Part shown: positions 12,317 through 21,980 of the stretch, one piece after another
Layout of the letters: each line of letters opens with the position of its first letter
Position numbering within the stretch: position 1 is the first letter of the stretch
Assembly (NCBI GenBank): GCA_039934255.1
Contig: JBDTML010000073.1
Coordinates: 1 to 44,728, forward strand
DNA from: Acidobacteriota bacterium
GTDB lineage: Bacteria; Acidobacteriota; Thermoanaerobaculia; UBA5066
DNA: 44,728 nucleotides
Direction: 5' to 3'
Position numbers and translations under genes: made by a program
The notes under the pieces: generated by a model
What the model saw: the letters and a program-made list of their open reading frames with translations, nothing else
Told to the model about the DNA's origin: nothing
Databases searched by the model: none

Positions 12317-13081
12317 TCAGCGCCTCATCGCCGGCGTCGCTTCCGGCGGGCGTTGCCCGGCCACGGAGGGATCCTCGAAGAGACGCGGCAGGTCGCCGCG
12401 GTACGCGAACATTCTCATCTTGGGGCTCCCCGGCGCCCCCCCGGCGGCGAGTTCCTCGAGCTCGAAATCGTGATCGAGGGCGTCGTCGTGCACGACGCGA
12501 TACCAGACTCCGTCCGATCGCCGCCGGAGAAGCGAACCGGGCCTGAGACCTCCCGTGTCCCACTTCGTCTCGGCCAGATCCTGCTTGTCGAATCGGCTTC
12601 GAAGGTCCTCCAGCGCCCCCCGGGCCCTCCCGACGGCGAGGGGAAGCGAGGCGAAATCGTCGTACGTGTACACGCGGCTTCCGCCTCCGGGTACGGCGAT
12701 CTCGAGCGTGATCCTCCGGCCGCCCGCGTCGCCGAGCACCGAACGACTCGGGTCGTCCACGTCCTTCGACCGCACGGTGAGCGCCTCGAGGCAGACCCCG
12801 CGGACCACCGCCACCTCCTCGATCGCCAGCGCCTTTCGATCGACGAGGCGCTCGTCCCGAAACCCCCGGACGTGCACGAGCGAGCCGTCGTCGAAGAGGG
12901 CGACGCGGTCCATGCCCAGACCCTGCCGCGACTCGAGAGCGGCAACGAGGCGCGGGTCGCGCTTCTCGGGCGTCGGGGTGACGGTCGGGAGCTGCGTGGT
13001 CGACGGGGCGGGCGCCGGGACGGGCGTCGGAACGGGCGACGCGGCAAGAAGGGCCAGGAGAAGAACATGGCCTCCCGTCAT
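12317..13081 (-). CDS. Hypothetical exported protein
   Basis: Hydrophobic signal-like N-terminus, Pro/Thr linker, then a globular region; ATGA overlap with the upstream gene. Confidence 0.65.
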   Translation of the reverse strand: MTGGHVLLLALLAASPVPTPVPAPAPSTTQLPTVTPTPEKRDPRLVAALESRQGLGMDRVALFDDGSLVHVRGFRDERLVDRKALAIEEVAVVRGVCLEALTVRSKDVDDPSRSVLGDAGGRRITLEIAVPGGGSRVYTYDDFASLPLAVGRARGALEDLRSRFDKQDLAETKWDTGGLRPGSLLRRRSDGVWYRVVHDDALDHDFELEELAAGGAPGSPKMRMFAYRGDLPRLFEDPSVAGQRPPEATPAMRR

Positions 13082-14049
13082 CGAGGCTCGACCCCCGCGG
13101 CACGCCTCAGGGCTTTCGAGAAGTTCAGCCGTGACGCGACAGCGGCGCGATCGGGCGGCGGCAGCGCCTCGAGCAGCCGGCGCCAGATTTCGTCCTGCTT
13201 CGGACGCGCATCCCCGGGAAGGGGCGCGGCGACAGATGCAGCAGCCGCCTCACCGCTGTTTTTCTTCTTAGAGGGTAAGAGGGGAAGTGCCCAGCCTGGA
13301 AGCAAGTCGCCAAAGAGTTCAAGCTCCGCCGCGAGCCCGAGCGACCGGTCCCAATCACCTTCTAAGAAAATGTCCTCTATTCCCCTCCTCATCCGATCGC
13401 CCGAAAGAGCCTGAAACGCCTGTGCACGTCTCGCCGCCTTAAGTGCCTTCTCGAATTCTTCGTCCCAGCTGAACTCCAGCCGCACCGCATATTTCACCGC
13501 CCGGTACGCGCGTGTCGGGTCGTCCACGAGCGACTTCGGATGGAGCAGACGGATCTTCCTTTTCTCGAGGTCGCTCTTTCCCCCGAAGGGATCGAGGACG
13601 CGCCCGAGGAGGCCGCGGCGTCCGATCCGACGCGCCATCGCGTGAATCGTGAAGTCCCGGCGTCCGAGGTCGTCGTCGATCGTGGCCGTGCCCGTCACGA
13701 CGGGCAGGCTGCCCGGCGCCGGATATTCCTCGCGGCGGGTCGCGGCGAGATCCAGACGGAGGCCGCCGGGCGTCCGGAGCGTCGCAGTTCCGAAACGGGC
13801 GTGCGTCTTTTCGAGCGTCCAACCGGAGAGGGCGCCGAGGCGTGACGCGAGCTCCAGCGCGTTCGCCGCGGCCGCCTCGACCGCCAGATCCACGTCGCGG
13901 AGCGGCCTCGCGAGGAGCAGGTCGCGCAGAGCCCCTCCGACGAGCCACAGGCCCACCTCGCGCCGTTCCGCGACTTCGCCCGCGCGCGAAAGCTGCGCGC
14001 GGACTTCCTCGGCATCGAATCCAGGAGCGGCCGCGCCGCCTTCGCTCAC
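13078..14049 (-). CDS. tRNA nucleotidyltransferase / poly(A) polymerase family (compact, A-adding-like core)
   Basis: VGGALRDLLL, DVD, FGTA, RREEYPAPGSLP, DLGRRDFTIHAMA, DPFGG and DDPTR motifs. Confidence 0.88.
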   Translation of the reverse strand: MSEGGAAAPGFDAEEVRAQLSRAGEVAERREVGLWLVGGALRDLLLARPLRDVDLAVEAAAANALELASRLGALSGWTLEKTHARFGTATLRTPGGLRLDLAATRREEYPAPGSLPVVTGTATIDDDLGRRDFTIHAMARRIGRRGLLGRVLDPFGGKSDLEKRKIRLLHPKSLVDDPTRAYRAVKYAVRLEFSWDEEFEKALKAARRAQAFQALSGDRMRRGIEDIFLEGDWDRSLGLAAELELFGDLLPGWALPLLPSKKKNSGEAAAASVAAPLPGDARPKQDEIWRRLLEALPPPDRAAVASRLNFSKALRRAAGVEPR

Positions 14050-14062
14050 GCGCCGTGCTCGC

Positions 14063-17000
14063 TCACGGAGACGCCGGGTAGGAGTATCGAACGGACCTCG
14101 GCCCGAGCAATTTCTCGAGGTCCGCCGTGAAGTCGGGCGTGGGCCGCACCCACAGCCGCGGGTCGATCTTCTGGAGGGCCGCGAACTGACCCGGCCTGCG
14201 CATCTCGAGAGAGACGGGCATCGACCCGGGATACCTCCTCAGAATCTCCTTCATTCCCGATTCGTCGAAGGTATCGAAGTTCGACGGTGCGATGACGACC
14301 TCCCGCGCCGCGAGCTCTCGCATGCCGTCGAGCGGCTGGATCTCCCGGGCGATGACCTCGATCGGCATGCCGGCGGTTTCGCCTTCGGACGCGTCGTGCG
14401 TTCCCCCGCCCGGCGACATCGAAAGGCGCACGGTTCCCGACACGAGCACGGCCTTGCCCGGCGCGAGCCACGACCCCACCCGCTCGAGAAGGCTCGCGAA
14501 TACCGTGACGGGCACGGATCCGGTCAGGTCCTCGACGACGGCCTTCGCCATCATCTTTCCTTCGTTCTGCCCCTTCTTGATCTGGTTCTTCTTGATCGCG
14601 CCGACGAGGCCCACGAGCTTCACTTGCGCGTCGAGACGATCGCGCAGCGTCTCGCACGTCACGTCGCCGAACATCCGGATCTCGTCTTCGAAGCGCGCGA
14701 GCGGGTGGCCGGTGATGTAGAAGCCGAGCGTCTCCTTCTCGTAGCGGATCTTCTCGTCGACGCTCCACTCCGGCTCGTCGGGAAAATCGTCGTTGAACTG
14801 CGTCTCCTCCGGGACCTCAAAGAGGAGGCTCTGGCTCGACGCCGCGGCCTCGCGAGCCGCCGCCGCGACATCGACGGCGTGGTCGAGCCCGCCGAGGAAC
14901 GCCGCGCGGCTCTTTCCCAGAGAGTCGAAGCAGCCGGACTTGATGAGAGCCTCGATGACCCTCTTGTTGTTCAGGCGAAGATCGACGCGCGAGCAGAAGT
15001 CCGTGAGCGACTTGAACGGCCCGTCACCGGCGCGCGCCGCGAGAACGGACGCGACGGCGCCTTCACCGACCCCCTTGACGGCCCCGAGCCCGAAGCGGAT
15101 GGCGGGCCCGTCCGGCGCGAACGAGAGATCCGAGGCATTCACGTCGGGCGGCAGCACGGGGATCTTCATCTCCCGGCAGGTGTTCACGTACTTCACGACG
15201 TCGTCCGAGCTCCCCGAGCTTGCCGTGAGCGTGGCCGCGAGGAACTCGACCGGGTAATGCACCTTCATCCAGGCGGTGCGATAGGCGAGAAGCGCGTAGA
15301 CGACCGAGTGCGACTTGTTGAAACCGTACCGGCCGAACGGCAGGATGAGGGCCCAGAGCTCCTCGGCCTTCTTCTTCGACGTCCCGTTCGCGACGGACTT
15401 CTTGATGAACTTGTCGCCCTCGGCCTTGAGAAGCGCCTCGTCCTTCTTGCCGATCGCCTTCCGGAGCTTGTCCGCTTCGCCCGGCGTGTAGCCCGCCACG
15501 ACCCGCGCCGCGAGCATGACCTGCTCCTGGTAGACGAGGACGCCGTGCGTCTCCTTGAGGATCGGCTCGAGCTGGGGCAGCGGATACTCGAACTTCGTCC
15601 CGCGGCGACGCTGGATGTAGACCTCGACCGTCCCCGCGTCGAGCGCGCCCGGCCGATAGAGGGCGTTGAGGGCAGCCAGGTCGTCGAAGACCTCAGGCTT
15701 CACGCGGCGGAGGAGGTCGCGCATCCCGGACGACTCGAACTGGAAGACGCCGTCGGTCCGCCCGTCCGCGAAGAGCCGGTAGACCTCGGGATCGTCTAGC
15801 GGAATCGCGTCCACGTCCGGACGCTTCCCGTCCTTCTTCTCCACGAAGCGCAGCGCATCGTCGAGGATCGTCAGAGTGATGAGCCCGAGGAAGTCCATCT
15901 TCAGGAGACCCATGCGGTCGACGGACTTCATCTCGAACTGCGTCGTGATCTCGTCGTTGCTGTTCCGGTAGAGCGGGAGATACTCGACGAGCGGCCGCGG
16001 CGCGATGAGAACGCCGGCTGCGTGGACGCCCGCGTGGCGCGAGACTCCCTCGAGGCGCTCTCCAAGGTCGAAGAGCCGCCGGTAGGTCTCGTTGTCGCGA
16101 AGGGCGTCGGCCAGCTCCTTCACGTCGCGGCGCGCCTCGGCGAGCAGCGTGGGTTTTCCGGGGTTCGCGGGGATGAGCGAGCAGAGGCGGTTGATCTCGG
16201 CCAGAGGAACGTCGAGGACGCGCCCCACGTCGCGGATGACGGCCCGCGCCTTCATGGAATTGAACGTGATGATCTGGCCGACGTTCTCCCGCCCGTATTT
16301 CGTGCGCACGTACTCGATGACCTCGCCGCGGCGGCGCTCGCACAAGTCGACGTCGATGTCCGGCATCGAGATGCGGTCCGGGTTCAGGAAGCGCTCGAAG
16401 AGCAGGTCGTAGACGAGGGGATCGACGTCCGTGATCGCGAGGGCGTACGCGACGAGCGAACCAGCCGCGCTCCCCCGCCCGGGACCCACCGGGATCTTCT
16501 GGTCCTTCGCGTACTTGATGAAGTCCCACACGATGAGGAAATAGCTCGACAGCCCCATCTTCCGGATGACGGACAGCTCCCACGTGAGGCGCTCGTCGTA
16601 CTCGGTGCGCGGCTTCTTCGCGGTGCCGTTCTCGAATGCCGCCCGCTGCGGCTCGAGGCGGCGCTCGAGGCCCTCCTTCGCGAGATCCTCGAGGTACGCC
16701 TCGGGGGTCCGGTCGCCGCCGGGAACGGGAAACGCGGGGATCTTGAGGCCCGTATCCAGGATGACGCTCGGCGTGACGCGCTCGGCGATCGCGGCCGTGT
16801 TCTTCACCGCCTCGAGCGTGTACGGCCGGAACACGTCGCTCATCTCCTCGGGGTTCTTCACGTAGAACTCCGAGTTGTAGAACTTCATCCGCTTGGTGTC
16901 CGTGAGCGTCTTGCCCGTGCCGATGCACAGGAGGACGTCCTGCGCCGCCGCGTCGTCACGGGTGAGGTAGTGCGAGTCGTTCGTCGCGACGGGCGGGATG

Positions 17001-17608
17001 CCGGTCTCCTGCGAGAGGCGCAGGAGGTCGGGCAGGATCTGCCGCTGCTCGGGCAGGCCGTGATCCATGATCTCGATGAAGTAGCGGTCCTTCCCGAAGA
17101 GGTCGCGGTACTTCAGGGCCGTCTTCTTCGCGCCTTCGTAGTCGCCCATCCGGAGACGCTTCGAGACCTCGGAGTTCAGGCAGCCGGACAGCGCGATGAT
17201 TCCTTCGTGGTACTTCTCGAGAAGCTCCCAGTCCATCCGGGGCTTGTAGTAGAAGCCGGACAGGAACGCCTCCGACACGAGCCGCGCGAGATTCCGATAG
17301 CCGTCGGGAGTCTCGACGAGGAGCGTCAGATGGTAGTTACTCCCTTCGCCGTCGAGCGTCTTTACGTTCTCGCGGTCGAAGCGCGAGCCGGGCGCGATGT
17401 ATGCCTCCACTCCGAGGATGGGCTTGATTCCCGCCTCGAGCGCGGAGGTCTGGAGCTCGTACGCTCCGAACATGTTCCCGTGATCAGTCACCGCGACCGC
17501 GTCCATGCCCGACGACTTGACCTGCCTGATCAGATCCTTGAGCCGGCTCGCGCCGTCGAGGAGGGAGTACTGGGTGTGAAGGTGGAGGTGAACGAAGTCG
17601 CCGGACAT
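14063..17608 (-). CDS. dnaE: DNA polymerase III alpha subunit
   Basis: PHP domain (HLHLHTQYSLLDG), VGPGRGSAAGS, FERFLNPDRISMPDIDVD, LKMDFLGL, YGFNKSH and a C-terminal OB fold. Confidence 0.97.
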   Translation of the reverse strand: MSGDFVHLHLHTQYSLLDGASRLKDLIRQVKSSGMDAVAVTDHGNMFGAYELQTSALEAGIKPILGVEAYIAPGSRFDRENVKTLDGEGSNYHLTLLVETPDGYRNLARLVSEAFLSGFYYKPRMDWELLEKYHEGIIALSGCLNSEVSKRLRMGDYEGAKKTALKYRDLFGKDRYFIEIMDHGLPEQRQILPDLLRLSQETGIPPVATNDSHYLTRDDAAAQDVLLCIGTGKTLTDTKRMKFYNSEFYVKNPEEMSDVFRPYTLEAVKNTAAIAERVTPSVILDTGLKIPAFPVPGGDRTPEAYLEDLAKEGLERRLEPQRAAFENGTAKKPRTEYDERLTWELSVIRKMGLSSYFLIVWDFIKYAKDQKIPVGPGRGSAAGSLVAYALAITDVDPLVYDLLFERFLNPDRISMPDIDVDLCERRRGEVIEYVRTKYGRENVGQIITFNSMKARAVIRDVGRVLDVPLAEINRLCSLIPANPGKPTLLAEARRDVKELADALRDNETYRRLFDLGERLEGVSRHAGVHAAGVLIAPRPLVEYLPLYRNSNDEITTQFEMKSVDRMGLLKMDFLGLITLTILDDALRFVEKKDGKRPDVDAIPLDDPEVYRLFADGRTDGVFQFESSGMRDLLRRVKPEVFDDLAALNALYRPGALDAGTVEVYIQRRRGTKFEYPLPQLEPILKETHGVLVYQEQVMLAARVVAGYTPGEADKLRKAIGKKDEALLKAEGDKFIKKSVANGTSKKKAEELWALILPFGRYGFNKSHSVVYALLAYRTAWMKVHYPVEFLAATLTASSGSSDDVVKYVNTCREMKIPVLPPDVNASDLSFAPDGPAIRFGLGAVKGVGEGAVASVLAARAGDGPFKSLTDFCSRVDLRLNNKRVIEALIKSGCFDSLGKSRAAFLGGLDHAVDVAAAAREAAASSQSLLFEVPEETQFNDDFPDEPEWSVDEKIRYEKETLGFYITGHPLARFEDEIRMFGDVTCETLRDRLDAQVKLVGLVGAIKKNQIKKGQNEGKMMAKAVVEDLTGSVPVTVFASLLERVGSWLAPGKAVLVSGTVRLSMSPGGGTHDASEGETAGMPIEVIAREIQPLDGMRELAAREVVIAPSNFDTFDESGMKEILRRYPGSMPVSLEMRRPGQFAALQKIDPRLWVRPTPDFTADLEKLLGPRSVRYSYPASP

Positions 17609-17648
17609 GCCGGTGCCGATTGTAATGCCTCATAATTCGGGGTTTCCG

Positions 17649-18812
17649 ATGCGCTTCCTGCCTCTCGTCCTCAAGAACCTCTTCCGCAAGAAGACGCGTA
17701 CGCTTCTGACGGTCGGTTCGGTCCTGTTCCCCGTCTTCCTCGTCGCCTTCATGGCGACTTTCCTGAGGACGTTGAACCTCCCCGACCCCGCGAAGGAGCG
17801 CGGTCTCTACCGTCTCGTGACGCGGCACAAGGTGGGACTCACGACGCCGCTCCCGTATGCAATCCTCGCGAAACTCGCTCCGCTCGATGGCGTCCGCGCG
17901 ATCACGCCCATCGACCGCTTCGGCGGCCTCTACCGCGACGCGAGCGCCGGGAACGTCTTTCCGCGGTTCGCGGTCGATGCGACGACGTTCCTCGACGTCT
18001 TCGACGACGCGACGATCGTGAAGGGGTCGGCGGAAGACTGGAAGAAGGACCGGGCGGGCGGCCTCGTCGGCATCGCCCTCGTGAAGAAGTACGGCTGGAA
18101 GATCGGCGACCGCGTCACGATCACGGGGACGCTCTATCCCGTCGACCTCACGTTCACGGTCCAGGCCGTCTACAGCCTTCCGTACGAGAACTCGGCGAGC
18201 ATCTTCTTCCACCGCGCGTACCTCGAGGAGGCGTACCCGCCGTTCCGCGGAAACGTCTCGACCGTGTGGACCCGCTGCACGGACGCCGCGTGCGCCGAGC
18301 GCCTTCCGCGCAAGATAGACGCCTTCTTCGAGAATTCGCCCGCCCCCACGAAAACGGAGAGCGAGAACGCCTTCACGATGGGCTTCGTCTCGCTCCTCGG
18401 GAACGTCCAGCTTCTCCTGACCTCGATGGGCGCGATCATCATCGGCGTCGTCGTCCTGGTCGCGGCGAACACGATGGCCCTCGCCGTGCGTGAGCGCGTC
18501 GTAGAGGTCGCGGTCCTCCGGACACTCGGCTTCTCGCGCAGCCGGATCGTCGGCCTCATCGTGAGCGAGAGCCTCGCTCTCGCATGCGTTGGAGGCGGTT
18601 TCGGCTTCCTCCTGTTCGTCGCGGCGTTCTCCCGTCTCAAGGGCGCGCTCATGGAGACGCGAATGTCGCCTTTCGCGGCGGGGATGAAGATCTTTCCCGA
18701 GGTCGTCGCACTCGCGGCCGGCGTCGCTCTCGCCGTCGGCCTTTTCGCGGCGATCGTCCCGGCCGTGAGAGCCGCGCGACGGCCGATCGTGGACGGCCTG
18801 CGCGCGGCCTGA
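17649..18812 (+). CDS. MacB/FtsX-type ABC transporter permease
   Basis: KNLFRKKTRTLLT, one TM, a periplasmic domain, then ANTMALAVRERVVEVAVLRTLGF and three TMs. Confidence 0.88.
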   Translation: MRFLPLVLKNLFRKKTRTLLTVGSVLFPVFLVAFMATFLRTLNLPDPAKERGLYRLVTRHKVGLTTPLPYAILAKLAPLDGVRAITPIDRFGGLYRDASAGNVFPRFAVDATTFLDVFDDATIVKGSAEDWKKDRAGGLVGIALVKKYGWKIGDRVTITGTLYPVDLTFTVQAVYSLPYENSASIFFHRAYLEEAYPPFRGNVSTVWTRCTDAACAERLPRKIDAFFENSPAPTKTESENAFTMGFVSLLGNVQLLLTSMGAIIIGVVVLVAANTMALAVRERVVEVAVLRTLGFSRSRIVGLIVSESLALACVGGGFGFLLFVAAFSRLKGALMETRMSPFAAGMKIFPEVVALAAGVALAVGLFAAIVPAVRAARRPIVDGLRAA

Positions 18813-18832
18813 CCCGGCGGGCGCGTCGAGCT

Positions 18833-19315
18833 CTAGACCCAGCGGCGCGTGCGCGCCTTGTACGCCCCGTACTTCTCCCCGAACTTACGATCGAGGTAGG
18901 CCTCCTCCCGGTCGACGACGAGGCGGCGGAGCGCAAGCCACACCGGCGGGAGGACTGCAAGAAGCCAGGGCGTGTTCGCGACGAGCGCGAACCCCGCCAT
19001 GCCGATCGAGAGCCCCACGTACATCGGGTTGCGCGAGAACCGGTAGGGCCCCCGGGTCACGAGGGCGTTCACCGGGTGGTTCGGATGCGGCGTCGTCCGC
19101 GCCCGCAGGAACGTCACGAGCGCCCATCCTCCGAACGCGAGGCCGAAGAGGGAAAGCGCCCCGCCCGCGAAACAGGCTTGCCGCTCGAGGAGCGGTGGGA
19201 CGAGGCGTACCGGGACGAGCCACCTCAGGAGAAAACCCACTCCGAGTCCAAGTCCGAAGAGGATCGGGGGAATCACCGGGACATTTGCGTGGTCTTCGGT
19301 TTGCGCGGCTAACAT
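18833..19315 (-). CDS. Isoprenylcysteine carboxylmethyltransferase / PEMT family membrane protein
   Basis: LVTRGPYRFSRNPMYVG and REEAYL..KFGEKY..YKARTRRW. Confidence 0.88.
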   Translation of the reverse strand: MLAAQTEDHANVPVIPPILFGLGLGVGFLLRWLVPVRLVPPLLERQACFAGGALSLFGLAFGGWALVTFLRARTTPHPNHPVNALVTRGPYRFSRNPMYVGLSIGMAGFALVANTPWLLAVLPPVWLALRRLVVDREEAYLDRKFGEKYGAYKARTRRWV

Positions 19316-19337
19316 TCGCGTCGAAGGATACCGGGGC

Positions 19338-20072
19338 TCAGCGCACGTCGCCGTACCAGTAGCGGTCGAGGAAACGGGACCCCTTCTGGCCGCGGCGCAG
19401 CACCTCGAGCGCGACCGCCGGAGCCAGGCGGAAGTAGTGCCAGTCGCCGAAGGCGTCGAACTTCCGGACGGACGCGATCGCCTTGGCGCTTCGCAGCCGC
19501 GTCAGGCGTTGGCCCCGGGGCCGGCCGAGGCGATCGAGCGCGAAGAGGAGCGCCACGTCTTCGGCGACGAGCAGACTCTCGTCGTAGCCTCCCATCGCCT
19601 CGAAGTCGGCTCTCAGGCAAAACGTCGGGCCCGTGTCCATGCGCATGAGCCACACCATCGGCATGAGGGCGGCGTAGGTCACGGCGAGGCCGGCCGACAT
19701 TCGCTCCAGCCGGACTCCCGTCGCGCCGCCGACGACGCGGCCCGTCGCGAGCGCGGCGTCGATCGCGTCGAACGTCCCGGGGTGCATGCGAATGTCGGCG
19801 TCCACGAAGACGAGGACCTCGCCGCGAGCCTCGCGCGCTCCCCCGTTGCGGACGGCCCCGATCACGCGCTTCTCGACGCTCACGACCCGTGCGCCCCTCG
19901 CCCGCGCGACCTCGACCGTGCGATCGATCGAGACGTTGTCCGCGACGATCACTTCGACCCGCTCCGCGCCCCCGCGGTAGGCCCGGCGTGCCGCCTCGAC
20001 CGTGTCGAGCAGTCGCGGCAGGACTTTCTCTTCGTTCCGGGCCGGGACGACGACCGAGAACCTCACCTCCAT
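19338..20072 (-). CDS. Glycosyltransferase family 2
   Basis: FSVVVPARNEE, VIVADN.S.D.T, RNGGA, FVDAD, GGYDE and AED; ATG at 20072. Confidence 0.88.
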   Translation of the reverse strand: MEVRFSVVVPARNEEKVLPRLLDTVEAARRAYRGGAERVEVIVADNVSIDRTVEVARARGARVVSVEKRVIGAVRNGGAREARGEVLVFVDADIRMHPGTFDAIDAALATGRVVGGATGVRLERMSAGLAVTYAALMPMVWLMRMDTGPTFCLRADFEAMGGYDESLLVAEDVALLFALDRLGRPRGQRLTRLRSAKAIASVRKFDAFGDWHYFRLAPAVALEVLRRGQKGSRFLDRYWYGDVR

Positions 20073-20158
20073 TCGAGTGTGCCGAATGCCATGGCAATTC
20101 AGAATAGCAGTCGAGGAGCTACACGACTCGATCGCCGCCCGAGGAGACCTCAGGTCGT

Positions 20159-20554
20159 CTATGCCGCGCCCGGCGATCCGGGATTCTGCGGCGGCGCCTC
20201 TCTCTTCTCGTCGAGAAGGTGCCGGATCGCGAGGACGGGGTGACGCAGGAGCATGCGAGGGCCCGCGAAACGCATGACCTCGTGCATCTGCTCGCGCTTG
20301 TCCCTCGTGTAGCAATGGATCGGGCACTTCTTGCAGGTTGGCTTCTCTTCGCCGTACGGGCACTTGAGGAGGCGGTAGCTCGCGTATTCGAACAGACCCG
20401 CGCAACCCAGGCAGAGCTCCCGGTAGCGCGCGCGAACGTGGAGGGGATGCGCTTCACACCAGATCTGGAGCATCGCCTCGATCGTGCGCTGCTCGCGGCG
20501 GAGGCGCGGGGTCGTGAGGAGGACGTCCCGGTATTCCTTCGGAACGGCGCTCAC
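20159..20554 (-). CDS. YgbA / nitrous oxide-stimulated promoter family Cys-rich protein
   Basis: REQRTIEAML.IWC, CLGC, RLLKCPYGEEKPTCKKCPIHCY and VMRFAGPRMLLRHP; GTGA overlap with the upstream gene. Confidence 0.85.
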   Translation of the reverse strand: MSAVPKEYRDVLLTTPRLRREQRTIEAMLQIWCEAHPLHVRARYRELCLGCAGLFEYASYRLLKCPYGEEKPTCKKCPIHCYTRDKREQMHEVMRFAGPRMLLRHPVLAIRHLLDEKREAPPQNPGSPGAA

Positions 20555-21882
20555 GGGAGCTTCAGGCCCCGGTCGAGGTGCTCCATGAGAATCTCCGGCC
20601 CCTCGAGGCCCACGCTCATGCGAATGAGACCGGGCGTGATGCCGCGAGCGAGGCGGTCGGCCTCGGGGACGACCGCGTGCGTCATCGTGGCAGGTTGCTC
20701 GACGTACGTGATGGCCCCGCCGAGACTGACGGCCAGCTCCATCGGGACGTCCTTGCGCGCGAGGTAATTCATCAGCTTCTCGCCCGCGGCCGCTCCGCCT
20801 TTCACTTCGAACGAGATGAGAGACCCGCCGTCGCGCATCTGCTTTTTCACGATCTGCCGCTGCGGGAAGTCTTCGAAGCCCGGATAGATGACGCGCGCGA
20901 CCCTCGGATGTTTGCTCAGGAACGCCGCGATCGTCGCCGCACTCTCGCTCTGCTCCTTCTGGCGGACGGCGAGGGACTGGACCGTCATCGAGTTCAACCA
21001 CGAGTCGAAGGGCGACGGCGTCGCGCCCAGGTCCTTGTACCAGGGGAACAGGTCCGCCTTGAGAAAGCGGAACGGCCCGAGGAGAGCGCCGCCGACGGAC
21101 GTCGAGTGCCCGTTGATGAACTTCGTGAGCGAGTGGACGACGAAGTCTGCTCCGAGTCGGAACGGCTGCTGGAGGTACGGCGAGCAAAACGTGTTGTCGA
21201 CGACGAGCGGAATTCCGCGCGCCTCGGTGAGGCGCGAGATGGCCTCGATGTCGCAGATACGAAGTGTGGGGTTCTCGGGCGACTCGAGAAACACCGCCGC
21301 GACGTTCGGGTGCCTCTCGAGGTGCCGCGCGACGTCGTTCACGTCCCCCGTGTCGCAGAAGACGGCGTCGACGCCGTATTTCGACATGTTGCGGAGCAGG
21401 CTGTCGGTGCACCCGTAGATGTTTCCCGCAAGGACGGCGTCGCCGGCCCTGAGAAGCGAGAGGAGGAGCGTCGAGATCGCGCCCATGCCCGACCCGAAGA
21501 TGAGGCAGCCGATCGTCGGCTCCTTCTCGTCGGCCGCGAGCGCCTTGTCGATGACGTGCTGGGCCTCGAGACGGAACAGGACGCGCTCGAGATACTCGGA
21601 AGTGGGGTTGCCGAGGCGCGTGTAGATGCGCGCGTAGGGCCGCTCGCCTCCCTTGGACATGCCGAGAAAACGATCGGCGCCGTCTTTCACGTTGTGGAAC
21701 GGGAACGTCGAGCGCTGGTGGATCGGCGGCAGCCCGGTGCCCGCCGCGATCGCGCGAAAGACGCCCTCGTCCATCTGATGGACATCGTCGCGCACCCAGC
21801 GGGTCTTTCGGTCGACCCACCAGTCCCAGAACGAGAAGCGCGCGGCACCGTGGAGGGCAAGGGTTGACGTCGCGGTACTCAT
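20551..21882 (-). CDS. Methionine gamma-lyase-like PLP-dependent Cys/Met metabolism enzyme
   Basis: YTRLGNPT, SGMGAI, YGCT (MGL-type Cys), ESPENP, VDNTF, HSLTKFINGH (PLP Lys), AVSLG and LIRMSVGLE. Confidence 0.85.
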   Translation of the reverse strand: MSTATSTLALHGAARFSFWDWWVDRKTRWVRDDVHQMDEGVFRAIAAGTGLPPIHQRSTFPFHNVKDGADRFLGMSKGGERPYARIYTRLGNPTSEYLERVLFRLEAQHVIDKALAADEKEPTIGCLIFGSGMGAISTLLLSLLRAGDAVLAGNIYGCTDSLLRNMSKYGVDAVFCDTGDVNDVARHLERHPNVAAVFLESPENPTLRICDIEAISRLTEARGIPLVVDNTFCSPYLQQPFRLGADFVVHSLTKFINGHSTSVGGALLGPFRFLKADLFPWYKDLGATPSPFDSWLNSMTVQSLAVRQKEQSESAATIAAFLSKHPRVARVIYPGFEDFPQRQIVKKQMRDGGSLISFEVKGGAAAGEKLMNYLARKDVPMELAVSLGGAITYVEQPATMTHAVVPEADRLARGITPGLIRMSVGLEGPEILMEHLDRGLKLP

Positions 21883-21980
21883 ACGGTCGAATTTAGGCGT
21901 TTTTCGCCCGCCGTGCACTGATGCGGGTGGCGGATGGGCCGCTCCCCAAACCGGACGGGAGGAACAAGCGTAAGGAACGC

